Assembly (NCBI GenBank): GCA_964633715.1 | Contig: CAZWHQ010000007.1 | Location: 20,914-84,913, forward strand | Source: an uncultured Eubacteriales bacterium | GTDB taxonomy: Bacteria > Acidobacteriota > Aminicenantia > Aminicenantales > Aminicenantaceae | Direction: 5' to 3' | Length of the DNA stretch: 64,000 nucleotides | Shown: piece by piece, positions 38,125 to 46,088 of the stretch | How the letters are laid out: every line of letters begins with the position of its first letter | Numbering within the stretch: position 1 is the stretch's first letter | The notes under the pieces: model-generated | Databases searched by the model: none | What the model saw: the letters and a program-made list of their open reading frames with translations, nothing else | Told to the model about the DNA's origin: nothing | Position numbers and translations under genes: made by a program

Positions 38125-40269
38125 ATGTTTTTGAGAAAAAAATTTAAAAGAGACGCCAAGAAGGCCTTAGAGTCTGAAACCCTCCAGAAAGCCTTAGAAA
38201 AAGCCTCAGCCCAGCATTTTTCAAAGTATGCCCAGACTCGGGACAATATTCCCTGGGAAAAGTACAAAGACAAAACCAGAAAGATTCGAGAGAAGAATCT
38301 CAAGAGGATACCCGAACTCATTAACAAATTTAAAGAAGAAGCAGAAAAAACAGGATCCGTCATTCACATGGCTTCTGATGCCCAAGAAGCCCTCGCCGCG
38401 ATAAAAAGCATTATCGCCTCCACCAACGCCCGATTGATTGTCAAATCCAAATCCATGGTGAGTGAAGAGATTGAACTCAACAGGCATCTTGAAGAGTGGG
38501 GACACACTGTGATCGAAACAGACCTTGGAGAATGGATCGTCCAGTTGGCAAAAGAAAAACCTTCCCATATCACAGCCCCTGCACTCCATAAAACAAAAAA
38601 TGAAATCGCTGAACTCCTCAAAAAAGAATTGGGCAAAAACGTCTCCCCCGATGCCCAGGACATCGTTAAGCTAGCCCGCCAAGAAATGAGAAAACATTTT
38701 ATAGAAGCGGACATTGGAATTTCCGGGGCAAATTTTGCTGTAGCCGAATCAGGCACACTTGTCCTTGTCAGCAATGAGGGGAACGCTCGTCTGGTTACGT
38801 CTCTTCCTCCCGTACATATCGCTATCGTGACGACAGAAAAATTTGTCGAAACATTGGAAGAAGCGACAGTCCTAGTCAAAACCTTGATTGCGGCATCTTC
38901 TGGGATGAAAATGACGGCCTATGTCTCGTTCATTACTGGACCGAGCCGGACAACAGACATCGAAAAAGAACTCATCATCGGGGTTCACGGACCTAAGGAC
39001 GTTCATGTCATCATCCTCGATAACGGCAGGCTTAAAGTTCGCAAAGAAAAAGACTTGAATCAAACCCTTTACTGCCTTAAGTGTGGAGGATGTATGCTGG
39101 TCTGTCCTGTCTTTTTATCCTTGGGAGGCCATGTTTATGGAGGGCCGGTCTATCCAGGGGGGATAGGTCTGCTCCTCACTGAAGTTATTGACTCGTTCGA
39201 ACTGTCAAAACCTTTGCTAGACTTTTGTGCGGATTGCAAGAAATGTGAAGAGTTTTGTCCGGTTGGGATTCCTACGGGGGAACTCCTGCGAAACCTTAAA
39301 GAAAAAAAAGGGCCCTATTTTTGGGAAAAAAACCTCTCTATGTTTTTCAGGAAAAATTCGGCCTTTGAGTTCGGAACAAAATTGCTGTCTGTTCTCCAAA
39401 AGCTCTGGATGAAGGATGGCCACCTGAAAAAACTCCCCCTTCCCTGGACTAAGGGCAAACGCCTACCAGCCATTCATGCCAGGAAAAGCGATGTCTCCAT
39501 GCCTGAAAAAAATGGAGAGACTATATATTTTTTTCAAGGATGTCTTGCGAAGTATTTTTTTCCTGAACTCCGAGAAGCGGTCTTATCCAGTCTTTCCTCC
39601 TTCGGCTATCGAGTTGTTATCCCTGAAGAACAAATGTGTTGTGGCGCACCCAGCCTCCATCTTGGGCAGACAAAGGATGTCCAGAAGCTTTTCCAGAAGA
39701 ACTGGGAATCCTTCAAGAGGGAAAATCCCGATTACATCTTGACTATCTGTCCAACCGGCACAGCCATGCTGACAGAGACCTACCTCAAACTGGATCCGGC
39801 CTTTTCTCCTTGGATAAAGAAAATCTATAGTTTTTCGGATTTTCTCGTAAAAAAAGGACTTTTGCCAGGTTACGAAAACACAGATGAAAAAAAAGATGTG
39901 TTCTACCATCACTCCTGCCATAATCTTTATGACCTCAAAATAAAAGACGAACCTTTAAGTCTTCTTAGACATTCAGGTTACAATCCCTTAGAAGAAGAGG
40001 AGCCCTTCTCTTGCTGTGGATTCTGCGGAATTTTTACATTAAAAAATCCAACTATTTCGTCTCGAATGTGGCAGAAAAAGAAGGATAAAATCCTTGAAAG
40101 TCAGACACAAACAATTGCTTCAGACTGTCCCGGCTGTGTGTTTCAACTCAAAGCCTCCCTCAAAAACGAAAAACAAACCTATGATATCAGACACACTGCT
40201 GAATTCTTGGCGGATGCCATCAAAAGTGGCGAAAAGCAGGCTTCAGAAAGAAATCAAAAAAAATCTTAA
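38125..40269 (+). CDS. LutB/LldF-type LUD + 2x[4Fe-4S] protein fused to LutA/LldE-type CCG domains (lactate utilisation-type oxidoreductase)
   Basis: ETDLGEWIVQL...PSHITAPALH, SNEGNARL, TGPSRTTDIE, CLKCGGCMLVCP and CADCKKCEEFCP, then two CCG modules (GCL...CCGAP; HSCH...CCGF...DCPGC). Confidence 0.85.
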   Translation: MFLRKKFKRDAKKALESETLQKALEKASAQHFSKYAQTRDNIPWEKYKDKTRKIREKNLKRIPELINKFKEEAEKTGSVIHMASDAQEALAAIKSIIASTNARLIVKSKSMVSEEIELNRHLEEWGHTVIETDLGEWIVQLAKEKPSHITAPALHKTKNEIAELLKKELGKNVSPDAQDIVKLARQEMRKHFIEADIGISGANFAVAESGTLVLVSNEGNARLVTSLPPVHIAIVTTEKFVETLEEATVLVKTLIAASSGMKMTAYVSFITGPSRTTDIEKELIIGVHGPKDVHVIILDNGRLKVRKEKDLNQTLYCLKCGGCMLVCPVFLSLGGHVYGGPVYPGGIGLLLTEVIDSFELSKPLLDFCADCKKCEEFCPVGIPTGELLRNLKEKKGPYFWEKNLSMFFRKNSAFEFGTKLLSVLQKLWMKDGHLKKLPLPWTKGKRLPAIHARKSDVSMPEKNGETIYFFQGCLAKYFFPELREAVLSSLSSFGYRVVIPEEQMCCGAPSLHLGQTKDVQKLFQKNWESFKRENPDYILTICPTGTAMLTETYLKLDPAFSPWIKKIYSFSDFLVKKGLLPGYENTDEKKDVFYHHSCHNLYDLKIKDEPLSLLRHSGYNPLEEEEPFSCCGFCGIFTLKNPTISSRMWQKKKDKILESQTQTIASDCPGCVFQLKASLKNEKQTYDIRHTAEFLADAIKSGEKQASERNQKKS

Positions 40270-40394
40270 CTGTTCGCCCTATTTCTTTCAAAATTTCTGT
40301 CGAATAAATTCCAATACGACTGGAAACAAATCGGAAAATATTTTTTTCAATTTTTCTGCCCTGCCTTCGACTTAATTAACATAAACATAAAACT

Positions 40395-40958
40395 ATGAGC
40401 CTCCAAACCGACAGCGTCCTTGTTTCGCCTCTTCCCACCTTATATAATGAAAACATCGTGAGTAAACAAGACGATCCTCTCAACGTTGAAAAGGTCATGG
40501 CCAAGTTCAGGCCTATCATAAGCTTCAAAGTGAAAAAATCCATCGGTACTCACACTCCTGAATGGGAAGATGTCGTCAATGAAGTTTTGCTCAACGTGAT
40601 CGAAAAATTAGAAAATTCAGAATTCCGCGGGGAATCATCGATAGGGACGTTTATCTACACAATCACAAGTCGGCGGATCATCGATTATATCCGGAGAAAG
40701 AGCAAAGTCTTAAAACATGCCCCTGAACCCAATCCCTTTTCAAGCCCCCACCAAGATGTCGAAGAAGAGGAGCAGGCCGAATACATGGCCAGCCTGCTGG
40801 AACAACTGAAGCCAAAATACAAAGAAGTCTTATACCTCTACTATTATAAGGATCTTTCCCGAGATGAAGTCGCAGAACAACTCAATATCTCGCCAAGACG
40901 AGTCAGCGAGCGTGTAAACTATGCCCAGAAACTTCTGAGAAAAATGGCAATAAAATGA
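40395..40958 (+). CDS. ECF RNA polymerase sigma-70 factor (alternative start GTG 40458)
   Basis: Region 2 EDVVNEVLL...FRGESSIGTFIYTITSRRIIDYIR; region 4 LKPKYKEVLYLYYYKDLSRDEVAEQL. Confidence 0.9.
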   Translation: MSLQTDSVLVSPLPTLYNENIVSKQDDPLNVEKVMAKFRPIISFKVKKSIGTHTPEWEDVVNEVLLNVIEKLENSEFRGESSIGTFIYTITSRRIIDYIRRKSKVLKHAPEPNPFSSPHQDVEEEEQAEYMASLLEQLKPKYKEVLYLYYYKDLSRDEVAEQLNISPRRVSERVNYAQKLLRKMAIK

Positions 40959-41016
40959 TTATTAATTCAATTTTTTCACCGCTTTATACGACTAAAGGCT
41001 TGATGTTCGTACAAAG

Positions 41017-41700
41017 GTGATGGATATGAAAAAATGCAAATTTGAAAACCACATTGACGATTACCTGCTTAACCGAATGACTGAAGAAAAAAAGGAGATG
41101 TTCGAAAACCATTATTTCAACTGTTCGAGTTGTTTTCAAAAAGTCGAAGAACGCAACTCGCTGATTTCTGTTATAAAATCTAAGGGGAACAAGATCTTTT
41201 TTGACCAGAAAATGGAAACCGCAGAAACACGTTCACGAACACGAAAACAGAGTTCAATTTTCGAACGATTATTTTCCTTTCTCACACCCAAACAGTGGGC
41301 CATGGCGGCTATATCAGCCTGCATTCTTCTTGTCGTGACAATCGGGATTGTTCCCCTCCTCAACCTCAAATCTCCAACACAACAATTTGCTCTAGACAGC
41401 CAATCTGTCAGAGGGAGTTCACTCGCTCTGATTTCCCCAGTCGAAAATATCCCAGCTATCCCTTCAGAATTCATATGGGATAATCTCGGAGAAGGCATTG
41501 AATATAAAATCTATATCTACAAAGACATCCTGCTGTGGAGTGCCTCCACAACCACTGAGTCCATCTCTCTCCCTGAGGATGTCAAAGCCCTATTAAAGGC
41601 TGGTGAAAATTATTTTTGGGAAGTGAAGGCTTTTTCTCCTGAAGGAAGCCTCATCGCCGCCTCAAATAAACTAGAGTTTCAAATCGATTCACACCTATAA
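41017..41700 (+). CDS. Zinc-finger (zf-HC2) transmembrane anti-sigma factor
   Basis: FENHYFNCSSC (HxxxCxxC), single TM, periplasmic beta-rich domain; directly follows the ECF gene. Confidence 0.85.
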   Translation: MMDMKKCKFENHIDDYLLNRMTEEKKEMFENHYFNCSSCFQKVEERNSLISVIKSKGNKIFFDQKMETAETRSRTRKQSSIFERLFSFLTPKQWAMAAISACILLVVTIGIVPLLNLKSPTQQFALDSQSVRGSSLALISPVENIPAIPSEFIWDNLGEGIEYKIYIYKDILLWSASTTTESISLPEDVKALLKAGENYFWEVKAFSPEGSLIAASNKLEFQIDSHL

Positions 41701-41722
41701 AGCCCCCCTTTTTCATTCCGTC

Positions 41723-41768
41723 AAGAGGATATTCGCACAGAATATCCTCTTCCTTTTCCTTTTCTTTT
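41723..41768 (+). terminator. Intrinsic terminator between convergent genes
   Basis: 12-bp stem AAGAGGATATTC / GAATATCCTCTT, 5-nt loop, pyrimidine-rich tail. Confidence 0.7.
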
Positions 41769-42452
41769 TTAATCTTCTTCGACTTTTTCTTCTTCAGAAT
41801 AGAGCCGACCGCGGCTTTCATCCTCGAATGCGAGGCAGCACATCAGCCGCCCACACAATCCAGATATTTTTGTAGGATTAATCACAATTTGCTGCTTTTT
41901 TGCCTTTTGAATTGTTACCGGCTCAAAACTCTTCATGAAGCTGGCACAGCAGAGGTGGCGGCCACAAACGCCCAACCCACCTATCATTTTTGCTTCATCC
42001 CGGACTCCAATCTGACGCATCTCTATGCGCATCCTGAATTCTTTCGCTAGATCTTTAACGAGTTGTCTAAAGTCGACACGTCCGTCTGCTGTATAATAAA
42101 AAATCCCTTTTTTTTCATTAGAAAAATATCTCACCTTCACCAATTTCATGGGCAGATTTCGAACCTTGATCTTTTCTAAACAAAATTCAAAGGCCTTCTC
42201 TTCCTTTTTTTCAAGTTGGCTGAATTTCTCCTCATCTTCCAATGTGGCTTTGCGAAGGATCTTTACGGCATCTTGAGAAGATTTGGACGTTTCACAGGCT
42301 GAACCAGGTGAATGAATCACAGCGGCAAGCTCTTCACCTAAATCGATCTCAATGATACACTTGTCTCCCTTTTTTAATTCTTCCTCTGCTTTTATAGCCC
42401 GGAAAACCCGGCCTAAACGTGAGGATATGACACAAATTATTTCAGACATCAT
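41769..42452 (-). CDS. ricT: PSP1 C-terminal domain protein (RicT/YaaT, stage 0 sporulation family)
   Basis: YYTADGRVDFRQLVKDLA, RIEMRQIGVRDEAK, GVCGRHLCC, KISGLCGRLMCCL; follows holB. Confidence 0.88.
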   Translation of the reverse strand: MMSEIICVISSRLGRVFRAIKAEEELKKGDKCIIEIDLGEELAAVIHSPGSACETSKSSQDAVKILRKATLEDEEKFSQLEKKEEKAFEFCLEKIKVRNLPMKLVKVRYFSNEKKGIFYYTADGRVDFRQLVKDLAKEFRMRIEMRQIGVRDEAKMIGGLGVCGRHLCCASFMKSFEPVTIQKAKKQQIVINPTKISGLCGRLMCCLAFEDESRGRLYSEEEKVEED

Positions 42453-43458
42453 GTTTTTCCATAAAGTGCGAAAATAAAGAGCTTATGAGCAGATTGACAT
42501 TAAGGTTTTTCTGCAAAGCATAAAGACTATAGTCTATTTTACTCAAGAAATCCAGAGCCTGCTCTAAACTCAAAAGCCTGGAGGCCTCCCTTAAATCTTG
42601 TCCATAATCAGGATTCATGATAACACTCGAATCCCCCTCCTCTTTGATTAAAACAATATCGCGACAGAAAGAGGAGAGGAACTCAAAAGTTTGCTCTATC
42701 TCTTCTCTGCCTAAATTTCGAGATGAGGAAAATTCCTTTAAAAAGTTTGAGGCGTTTTCTTTTCTGATCAAGGCAATAAAAACCTGCCAAGCTTTTTGTC
42801 TTTTTTCCTGCAATTCCTCCCAATCCAGACTTAAGGCGTATTTTAGGTTCCCTCGAACCACCAGGGATATAACTCTCGCTTGTTCTGCCGCATAGCCCTT
42901 TTCCAACAAAACCTTCTCGATGTCTTCCTTGAAAACAGGCCCAAAAGACAGAACCTGGCAGCGGGATTTTATGGTTGGCAGTATTAGATAGGGATTGTCA
43001 GTCAGTAAAAAAATGTGAGAAAAGGATGGCGGCTCTTCTAAAATTTTCAGAATAGCGTTTGAAGCTGGTTCGCTTCTTTTCTCTGCATCTAAAATGATGA
43101 AAACCCGTTTTTTTCCCACCATCGGTTTAAGATAGGCCGTCGACTTCAGGTCTCTTATCTGATCAATTTGCTTGTCTTTTTTTTTCTGATCAATTTGACT
43201 GTTCTTTTTTGGAAGAGGAATCTCCATAACATCCGGAAAATTTTTTTTGTTAATCGCCTCACACGAATTGCATTCTTCACAGGCATCATCTGTTTTTTGA
43301 AGACAGTTGAGGGCCTTTGCGACAACCAGAGCCGTCTCCATCTTTCCCACACCCTCAGGCCCGACAAAGAGTAGAGAGTGGGGAACTCTATTCCTCTGCA
43401 GCGCTTTGGACAAAATCTTCTTAGCTCTTCTGTTGCCTAAAATGTTGTGAAACGACAT
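42442..43458 (-). CDS. holB: DNA polymerase III subunit delta'
   Basis: HSLLFVGPEGVGK, Zn module CLQ...CEECNSC, ASNAILKILEEPP, TIKSRCQ. Confidence 0.9.
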   Translation of the reverse strand: MSFHNILGNRRAKKILSKALQRNRVPHSLLFVGPEGVGKMETALVVAKALNCLQKTDDACEECNSCEAINKKNFPDVMEIPLPKKNSQIDQKKKDKQIDQIRDLKSTAYLKPMVGKKRVFIILDAEKRSEPASNAILKILEEPPSFSHIFLLTDNPYLILPTIKSRCQVLSFGPVFKEDIEKVLLEKGYAAEQARVISLVVRGNLKYALSLDWEELQEKRQKAWQVFIALIRKENASNFLKEFSSSRNLGREEIEQTFEFLSSFCRDIVLIKEEGDSSVIMNPDYGQDLREASRLLSLEQALDFLSKIDYSLYALQKNLNVNLLISSLFSHFMEKHDV

Positions 43459-43465
43459 CTTTTTT

Positions 43466-45973
43466 TTAATTCCTCTGGGCTAAGGCCTTTTTTAAATAAT
43501 GGGCTGTAAAAGACTCCTTGGACCGGGCGACCTGCTCAGGGGAGCCCTGGGCCACAATAAAACCACCGTCCTCCCCTCCATCCGGTCCCAGATCGATAAT
43601 ATAATCGGAAACTTTTATTACATCAAGATTGTGTTCTATGATAACGATTGTGTTCCCCATCTCAACCAGCTCTGCTAAAACTTCCAGCAGTTTTTTAACA
43701 TCGTCGAAATGTAGCCCTGTCGTGGGTTCATCGAGAAGATAGAGGGTGTTTCCTGTGTTCTTTCGGCCGAGTTCCTTGGTCAGCTTGATCCTCTGGGCTT
43801 CCCCGCCTGATAAAGTCGGCGCGGGCTGACCGAGTCGGATATACCCCAGCCCTACTCTCCTGAGGATTTCCAGCTTTCTTTTGAGTTGGGGATGGGCCTT
43901 AAGAAACGGATAACTTTCATCGACGGTCATTTCCAAGTAGTCTGCAATACTTTTCCCTTTGTACTGGACGGCAAGTGTCTCTCTATTATACCGAAGTCCC
44001 CGGCAGCGTTCACAAGTGACAAAGACATCGGGTAAAAAGTGCATTTCAATTTTTTTGGCGCCGGCCCCCTGGCATTCCTCGCAGCGCCCTCCAGACAGAT
44101 TAAAGCTAAAACGGCTGGCAGAATAGCCGCGCATTCTTGCTTCCTGTGTCATCGCAAACAGCTGTCTCAAAACTGTAAACACACCCGTATAAGTGGCAGG
44201 ATTTGAGCGCGGTGTCCGGCCGATAGCTTTTTGGTCAACAGAGATCACTTTGTTGATCAAATCGACACCCAGAATGGATTCATGTTGACCCGGTTTCTGC
44301 TTGGCTTTGTAGAGAATATTTGAGAGCGTTTTGAATAAAATATCATAGACCAAAGTGCTCTTTCCTGAACCTGAAACTCCAGTAACCACTGTTTGAACTG
44401 AAAGGGGGATTCGAGCATCTATCTTCTTAAGATTGTGTTCGGATGCCTTTAAAATCGTGAGCCATCCCTGAGGTTTTCTCCTTTTGGTAGGAACGGGGAT
44501 GCTCTTTTCTCCAATCAGATATTTTGATGTTAATGAGTCTGTTGAAGATAGGATTCGTGTGAGAGTTCCTTCCGCCACTTTCCATCCTCCCCCCTCTCCA
44601 GCACCCGGTCCGAGATCAAGCAGAAAATCTGCCGCACGAATGGTTTGTTCATCGTGTTCGACCACAACAACAGAATTTCCCTGATCCCGAATTTCCCTTA
44701 AAAGTGATATGAGTTTGCTGTTGTCCTTCTGGTGAAGCCCTATGGTGGGCTCATCCAGAACATAAAGAACGCCCCGCAGCCTGGCTCCAACCTGTGTCGC
44801 CAGACGAACACGACGGGCCTCACCTCCGGAAAGAGAAGAGCTCGGACGAGTCAACTGCAAATAGGACATACCTAAATCCTTCATTACTCTGAGACGAGGC
44901 AGGATTTCTTTTAATATTTTGTTGGCAATGATCTTTTGTGAATCATCAAAATTTAGAGTTGACAGTTTTTCAAGAAGTTTGTCAGTCGGTAAATGGCTTA
45001 GCTCATAAATGTTTCTGTCGCCAATTTTGACCGCCAGGCTTTCTTCCCTAAGCCGGCTCCCCTTGCACCGAGAACACGGTTCATCTGTCAGCACCGACTC
45101 TCCCCATTCATCTTGGATTGTATGAAAACCGAGGCCCTGACATTTGGGGCAAGCTCCATAGGGGCTGTTGAAAGAAAAGGACCGGGGTTCCAGTTCAGGA
45201 AGGCTGATGTCACAGTACGGACAAAGGAGGTTCAAGGAATAATAATATTCTTTTCCATCTTGTTTCAAAAGGAGCAGGTCTCCCTCAGCCAGCTCCAGTG
45301 CCCTGTCAACCCCTTCCTTCAATCGATCCCTAGATTTAGGACTCACAGTGATTTCATCAATCAATACTTCAATCTGATGTTTTTTCGTTTTCTCGAGGAC
45401 GATGTCCTCGTCAAGTTCTTGAAATTGGCCATCGATCCGGCACCGCAAAAATCCTTTTTTTTGAAGCCTTTCAATCAAACGAAGATATTCACCTTTTCGG
45501 CCTTTAACAACTGGCGACAATATCTTCACTGTCTCAGAATAAAATGATTCAAAAATTCTCTTCAATATCTGTTGGGATGTTTGAGTGCTGACTCTACGCC
45601 CGCATTGGGGACAATGGGGCATTCCTACTCTGGCGAAAAGAAGCCTAAGGAAGTCGTACGTTTCGGTGACCGTCCCTACCGTAGAACGGGGATTAGAGGA
45701 AATTGTCCTTTGATCTATGGAAATAGAGGGAGAAATCCCTTCAATGGCCTCCACATCCGGTTTTTCCATTTGGTCGATGTACTGACGGGCATAAGCAGAG
45801 AGACACTCGATGTACCGTCTCTGACCTTCTGCAAAAAGAGTATCAAAAGCCAAGGAAGATTTCCCGGATCCGCTTGGCCCGGTAACAACAATCAATTGAT
45901 TTCGCGGCAGCGTGACATCAATGCTCTTCAAGTTGTGCTGAGCGGCTTTCAGGATCTTTATTTCTTCGAGCAT
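43466..45973 (-). CDS. uvrA: Excinuclease ABC subunit UvrA (lacks insertion domain)
   Basis: Two ABC ATPase modules (GPSGSGKS and GVSGSGKS; LSGGE; LDEPT), Zn modules, UvrB-binding domain present. Start set at ATG 45973. Confidence 0.95.
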   Translation of the reverse strand: MLEEIKILKAAQHNLKSIDVTLPRNQLIVVTGPSGSGKSSLAFDTLFAEGQRRYIECLSAYARQYIDQMEKPDVEAIEGISPSISIDQRTISSNPRSTVGTVTETYDFLRLLFARVGMPHCPQCGRRVSTQTSQQILKRIFESFYSETVKILSPVVKGRKGEYLRLIERLQKKGFLRCRIDGQFQELDEDIVLEKTKKHQIEVLIDEITVSPKSRDRLKEGVDRALELAEGDLLLLKQDGKEYYYSLNLLCPYCDISLPELEPRSFSFNSPYGACPKCQGLGFHTIQDEWGESVLTDEPCSRCKGSRLREESLAVKIGDRNIYELSHLPTDKLLEKLSTLNFDDSQKIIANKILKEILPRLRVMKDLGMSYLQLTRPSSSLSGGEARRVRLATQVGARLRGVLYVLDEPTIGLHQKDNSKLISLLREIRDQGNSVVVVEHDEQTIRAADFLLDLGPGAGEGGGWKVAEGTLTRILSSTDSLTSKYLIGEKSIPVPTKRRKPQGWLTILKASEHNLKKIDARIPLSVQTVVTGVSGSGKSTLVYDILFKTLSNILYKAKQKPGQHESILGVDLINKVISVDQKAIGRTPRSNPATYTGVFTVLRQLFAMTQEARMRGYSASRFSFNLSGGRCEECQGAGAKKIEMHFLPDVFVTCERCRGLRYNRETLAVQYKGKSIADYLEMTVDESYPFLKAHPQLKRKLEILRRVGLGYIRLGQPAPTLSGGEAQRIKLTKELGRKNTGNTLYLLDEPTTGLHFDDVKKLLEVLAELVEMGNTIVIIEHNLDVIKVSDYIIDLGPDGGEDGGFIVAQGSPEQVARSKESFTAHYLKKALAQRN

Positions 45974-45981
45974 GACCTCCC

Positions 45982-45990
45982 ATTCTAACA
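45982..45990 (-). promoter_or_regulatory. Extended -10 element of uvrA (probably leaderless)
   Basis: TG-T-TAGAAT, 8 nt before ATG 45973; TTGTCT lies 16 bp upstream of the hexamer. Confidence 0.5.
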
Positions 45991-46029
45991 CACCCTTCTT
46001 TTCAGACAACCACAGCTTTGCAGATTACA

Positions 46030-46058
46030 TTGACGCGCATTCAAGCACATATTAAGAT
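46030..46058 (+). promoter_or_regulatory. Sigma-70 promoter of the DUF1998 helicase gene
   Basis: TTGACG-17 bp-TAAGAT. Confidence 0.55.
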
Positions 46059-46088
46059 AAGAGAAATCTATAGGCCACAGGAAATAAA

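Noticed and set aside
41769-42452. ricT present without ricA/ricF
   Set aside because: PSP1-domain genes next to holB without RicA/RicF are common outside Firmicutes; not novel.
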